Assembly (NCBI GenBank): GCA_032718475.1
Contig: JAUCBJ010003314.1
Coordinates: forward strand, 1 to 58,932
Direction: 5' to 3'
Length of the DNA stretch: 58,932 nt
Origin: Nemertoderma westbladi
Taxonomy: Eukaryota > Animalia > Xenacoelomorpha
In this document: positions 47,301 to 53,300 of the stretch, in pieces
Numbering within the stretch: the first letter of the stretch is position 1
How the letters are laid out: every line of letters starts with the position of its first letter
Translations under genes and position numbers: made by a program
The notes under the pieces: generated by a model
The model's database searches: none
What the model was told of the DNA's origin: nothing
What the model saw: the letters and a program-made list of their open reading frames with translations, nothing else

Positions 47301-50300
47301 CTTTTACAATGAAGAAACTGGAGACAGTAATCTGTACTTTTGGAATGAAAGTATTGGCGGTGTCAATGCTGATGAATTTGCTTCACTTACGGTGCGTTTT
47401 CTGAGAGGTCAAATCGACGAGGATACAAAAGAAATAGCATTTGTGTCGGATGGCTGTACATACCAGAACAGAAATTCTGTTATGTCGCAAGCTCTATTGA
47501 CCATCGCCACAACCCATAACATCGTTATCACCCAGACATTTTTGGAGAAGGGCCACACACAGATGAAATGTGATAGCGTCCATGCAGCGATTGAGAATAG
47601 GCTTAGCTAGATCGAGAAATATACACTCCAGCTGTATTCTTAGCAGCAGCCAAGGAGGCCAGGCTGTCACAACCATATGTAGTACATGACGTGAGGATGG
47701 AGTGGTTTAAAAACTACTCAGCTTCAAAACGGTACCAATCTATCCGTCCTGGACTACGGGTGGGTGATCCTCTTGTAACTAACATCCGGCAGCTGCGGTA
47801 TGCTGAGGGAGGAATCAGTTACAAAGTCGACCCACAATCTGATTGGATTAATTTACCAGTTCGACCTACCAATGCATCTATTACAACCGAACCACTCCCC
47901 TTGTATACTACACCACCGCGTATAAAGAAAGACAGGTGGGATGATTTACAGACATTAAAACAGTTTATACCTGAGGAATGTCACGTTTACTATGATTCCC
48001 TACTGACTGATGATGTCTCAGCCCGACTCGAAAAACGCAATAAAACCAAGGCCACCAAAAAACTATTCTTGAGCAATACTTAGCTACCTTTTAAACTTCT
48101 GATTTTAGGCTTATCGTAACTCAACATCGTAATTCAATCGTAACTCTTAAATTCAATCGTAACTCTTAAATTCAATCGTAACTCTAAATCGTAACTAGTG
48201 CTAGTTACCTGCTACCTGCAATAATTAAATTTGTATTTATATGTTTATGATTTTATTTTGTAGGGACCAATTACCAATGTCCTGGACTGATGAGTCAATG
48301 GTTTGACAGAGACAACCCAACAGGAACTGGAGACTGGGAAGATCTCTCATCTCTAATATTATATGATGCACAGGCAACACAATGTTAGTTACAATATAAA
48401 CAATTAAACACAATGTAATGCTATATTTAAGTATGATGACTAAAGGCCAAACTAATTGCGTAAAGCCCCGTTCACATCCAACGGTGCGTGAGCAGTAAAG
48501 TAGTCTGGCGGTATTGAAGCGGTAAGCCAGCAGTACACTACCCGGAGCCCGTTCACACCCAACGGTACCCTTGCGGTAACTGATTGTCTATCTGTAGACT
48601 GTGAATTCAACAGGAAATTACATTAATTGTTTTAACATTGTTTAAATGGGCTGCGGTAAACCGCGCGGTTTAGCGCACATCTACCTGTTGTGTCGTTCAC
48701 AGTCAGCGGTGTACCTCTGGCCCTGCGGTACACCGTGCGTTGTACCGTTCCGTTGGATATGAACGGGCCTTAAGTGAAATATTAAATTAACTAGAATTGT
48801 ATGGAATAGTTGAATTTCAAGTAACAAAAAAATGCTTCTTCCAACAACATAATTTTTTACTGAATTTAAACTTTTTTTTTGTTTAAATTTTCATTGTTTA
48901 TAATAATTGTATCTGACTATAAGTTGAGTATGATATATAATTTTTGAATACAAAATCAGATACAGAGTGGTCTCTATAAATATGCAAGATAGGTGGATGT
49001 TTGAGCTATTGTCATGGTTGTAGGATATTATGTACCATATGCAAGGGAATGATAGGACTTGTAATGGGAAGCAGCAAATAGAATGTTTACACATAATGAC
49101 TGTATCACTGATTACCATTTTCAGTTTTGTGCTGAACCTGTCAGAGTTCATGTTCCGGTTTCTTATTTTTATGGGCAATCATGACTGAATCAAAGAAATA
49201 ATTGACTCTAATTGTTCCCTTGTTATAAAAGTGCTATAAACTGCGTATATTATATTCATAGATACCATTAGGATTGTATTACCAACTGCTTCTGCAAAAT
49301 GATAGCAGACTACTCCTTCCTGTTCTAGAATGCTGAGCAATATTTGGGCCGGATAGTTACGCAAGTTGGTCACAATTAAAAGAAGTAATCTTTGGTGTAA
49401 ATTGGCAAAAAAAAAACGAAATCTTGTTTAATTTATTGTTTGATTAAAAACCACTGTCAATGTAACCTGCTCCTTTCCTGTTAAGTCCAAACCGAAATGA
49501 TCTTACTTTGGTTCCCGAAGGAAAAGTAGTTCTTAATCAGATAATAGTCACCCACGAACTAATAATCATCTTGTCCAACTGATGCTACGGGTGAACAACT
49601 AATGCTAAGTAATGGCTGGTTTCCTTGCTTAGGTTGTTATTATTGACTAATATATCTAAAAATTTCTAAGGTATAAAATAAAAATATCTCGATTGCTATG
49701 CCTACATGCTGCATGAAAAGATCCAAGGTATCGTGAACTCTAGAGTCTGATTGAGTTTCCAGCCAAACCCCAAATAGATTTTAGTAACGTGGGCTGGCAG
49801 GAATGGGCAGCAGAGCTATAATTCCCTAAAAGTTAAGGCCAAGTTCGAACCACTTACATTTCGAGGTCCAACCCCCCTCCTGATCTGGTAGGTCGGGTAC
49901 CCATTTATATTATATTTAATTATATCCTGAAGATGAGTCTCATCCTGATGTTGAAGTTTAATTATTTGTTCTCCCATTATTTAAGCCTTCTGGTGTTTCT
50001 TATAGCGAAAGCTTCCAATTATTTTACAGGGTTGTCTCAACACCACTGCTTGGAGCCAACATCTTCTGAAGGAAGGACAGTTAACACTCATATTGACCCC
50101 TGGACAACTGGAGACACTCTATCTATGTATTCAGCTGATGGTCTAGTTTGTAAAAACGATGATCAGAGTGATGGACATCAGTGTAGCGATTATGAGATAC
50201 GATACTGTTGTCCAGGTAGGCACTATAAATACAAAACAATAAATATTTTGTTACATTATCGATTATCTTAACTTATCACAGTACTTTGGTGAAATACTCA

Positions 50301-53300
50301 ATGATGAATTAATGATGAATACTGGACATATTTAACAAACTACGTTAAATTGTATACCGGTTGGATATATATAGTAAAGCACAATATTTTAATATATACA
50401 GTAAAGCACAATATTTTAACAACGTATATTATTTAACAGATATTAAAACTATTTATTACCAATTGTTAATAAACAACTACATGCATAACTCTCCAAAAAG
50501 GGAGGAATCCTATTGATCATGCATATAGACCATGTATAACGGTTTTGATCTTTCATGTCAAAACATTACCTCAAGTTTATTTGTGAACTAATTTAAAATT
50601 AAGTGTGATTAATTCATAGCCATTCTATATTACTAATAGAACATGTCTTCTTAAGGGTATTTCGGTACATGCTAGGAAAGATAGGTTCAACACTGGGGAC
50701 TCCCCTTGTTTCTAAATTAACATTTGCTTCTCATCGTTTTCGAGAATTTGTCTTCTTTCAAGGACAATACAGTTAGTTACTTTGATCAAATATTACATAA
50801 ATGTTATATATGTATATATAATGGAGGCAAAGCACCTTTTAAAAATATAAAAAGTGGTGTTTTCAGTACCCCTCGATTTAAAACATAGGGGCTTTGGTGG
50901 ATTTAATGGCAATCTGGCAACATGTAGCCAAGAGGCCATGGTGGAAATTTGGTTTCATCAGGTTAAAATCACCACAGCGAGAGCCCAGAGCCGTGTGATA
51001 CTGCTGTACTTCGATTGTCTGCTAGTTAGTTCATTTTAGTAGCAGTCCTATTGCTACTACTAGGGGCCGTCCAAGTATGACGTCAGCACTTTAGGGGGTG
51101 AGGGGGGTTGGGAAAATCTGATGATGTGCTGATGAGGGGAGGGGGTCAGCCAAAATCGGACGTCAGCATGTTCATTTATAGGTGCTAGAAGAGATATAGC
51201 AGAAGAGTAAATAGCTTGCCTATTTTAATTGTTCGAAGCCCCCGAAGGCCCGTAGCACGACCTTCTGTTTCAGTTACCAGTCACCATGTTTCAGTGATTA
51301 GGACGCGTGCTACTGGGGTACAGGTGTAGATGGTGTGCATAGGTAGTGAATGATATTGAGATTGTGCCCTCGATGAAATTTTTTTTACAGAAAAAGGCCT
51401 AACACTTTTCAAAGATCCCGTAAATTTTACAGGATTGTCAGAGTACAGTACACTCATCAAAATAATCATCCACAATTCATTAATTAATACCAGTATGGTG
51501 GTACCTTAACCATCTCCGGCATGTTTCCTAATGATAATTATTAAAACGACAAGGAGTTTCATCGCTACAAACTACATCACCCTGGGTCTATAGCAATATT
51601 GTTAACCGAAATTCCGTCCATCTTCAGGATTTTATCTCTGGAAATGGATTGTTTTCGGCTGGAACCCAGTTCAAGAAGCGAACTGGAAAGCTATGGACTC
51701 ATAGTGGACCCAGTGGTCACAAGTCCCAGATAGACCATATCCTGTTTCGTAGGAAATACAGGAGCTCTATACAAGACTATAATGCAAATTTACACTACAA
51801 CCCTTCTCCAGTGATCACCACCTTATTGTGGTCAAGGTAAGACTTAGTCTGCATGCTAGCAGAACAACGAAATCTGCCTTGCCGCGGCATGACTGGTCCT
51901 CTCTGTTGCAACAGCCAATTGTGAGATCCAGCTTCACACTACAGCTGAGCAACAGGTATGAGGTTCTTGCCTCTGAGGTGGCAGATCACTGTGAGGGCTA
52001 TACTGCCTTCACAGAGGCAGTTAAGTTAGCAGCTGCAGAAACAGTTCCTGTATACCCTCGAAACAGGAAACGGGCCCCCTGGACTGACAACAAAATTCAG
52101 AAGTGCCGAAATGACCTCTATAAGGCGCAGAAAGAGTCCCGACTCAAACAGACTACAGCGGCCAAGAATGCAGTTAAGGCTGCATCTAGGTCCCTGAACA
52201 GGCAGTACTCTGTTAATTTACAGGAGCTAATAAACCAACAGGTTGATGTCATCAATGATACTGACGACAGCAGGCAACTGGTCTACTGTTGATGGTGACA
52301 TAGAAGAACCATTTGAAGTGTTATGGGGCATCCTCCAGGGAGACACACTTGCACCATTCTTGTTCATAATTGTTGTTGACTATGTTCTACGCATGTCCTT
52401 GGATCATCATAATGATGACGGGGTGATGATAACTCCACCTACTGGCTCCAGAAATCGAGGAAATCCTGCCAAGTACCTAACTGATCTAGACTTTGCTGAT
52501 GACTTAGGAGTACTCTCAGAATCACTAGAGGGAGCCCAATGGCTCCTCAGCTCATTAGAACAGGCTGCTTCTAGTATGGGTCTTTATATTAACTCCAGAA
52601 AAACCACAATTTTGACAGTTAACTTTGAAAGTCCTCAGCAACTCTCTGATCGGATGAGCATAAGCTCAACAGATTGTATGCTTGAGCATGCGGATGACTT
52701 CTGTTACCTGGGCTCATGGATCCGGAAGTCAGGTGAGGACCTTCGAATATGTAAGGGAAAGGCATGGGTAGCCTTGTATAGGCTTTCCAGCTTTCCATTA
52801 ATCGGACACTTAAGTTCCAATTATTTAGAGCAGCAGTAGTTCCAGTACTCCTCTATGGGAGTCCATGCCGGGCTCTAACTGCTGAGGACACCAAATCTCT
52901 GGATGGCACATTCACAAGAATGCTACGCCGAGTACAATGCACACATCTCCAACCAGACACTATATAACATTGGAGGTGTCTCATTCATTCCCCCAAGCTT
53001 GACACTTGAACAAAATCGCCTCCGTTTTGCAGGACATTGCTTTCGCCGTGAGGACCAGCCAGTGCATAATCTTGTACTTTGTCAGCCTCATGGAGTGAAT
53101 AATCATGGTGGACAGCCCATGACTTTCTTGAGACGCATCTTAAAGGACACTGGCCTTGAAGATGCGGATGATCTAGCAAATGTCATGGGTGATAGGGAGT
53201 TGTGGCAGTGCAATTTTGTCGATAAGCCGGTACAGCATTCTTAAAAATGCAGCTGCAATGCAGCATGCCGATCCTAGTAGTAGACATACCAGCCTCATTC

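Larger units (their letters stand above)
45309..48200 (+). mobile_element. Sola1-like DNA transposon relic (right terminus not found)
   Basis: Probable left end ATAT|CGCCCCTTAAG with subterminal GCCT(C/T)ATCTACAAATTT repeats; carries the transposase relic below. Confidence 0.7.

Noticed and set aside
51060-51170. GGGGCCGTCCAAGTATGACGTCAGC segment as a CRE-containing promoter
   Set aside because: It looks like one end of a common MITE type. No partner TIR or downstream gene was found, so it is not called.
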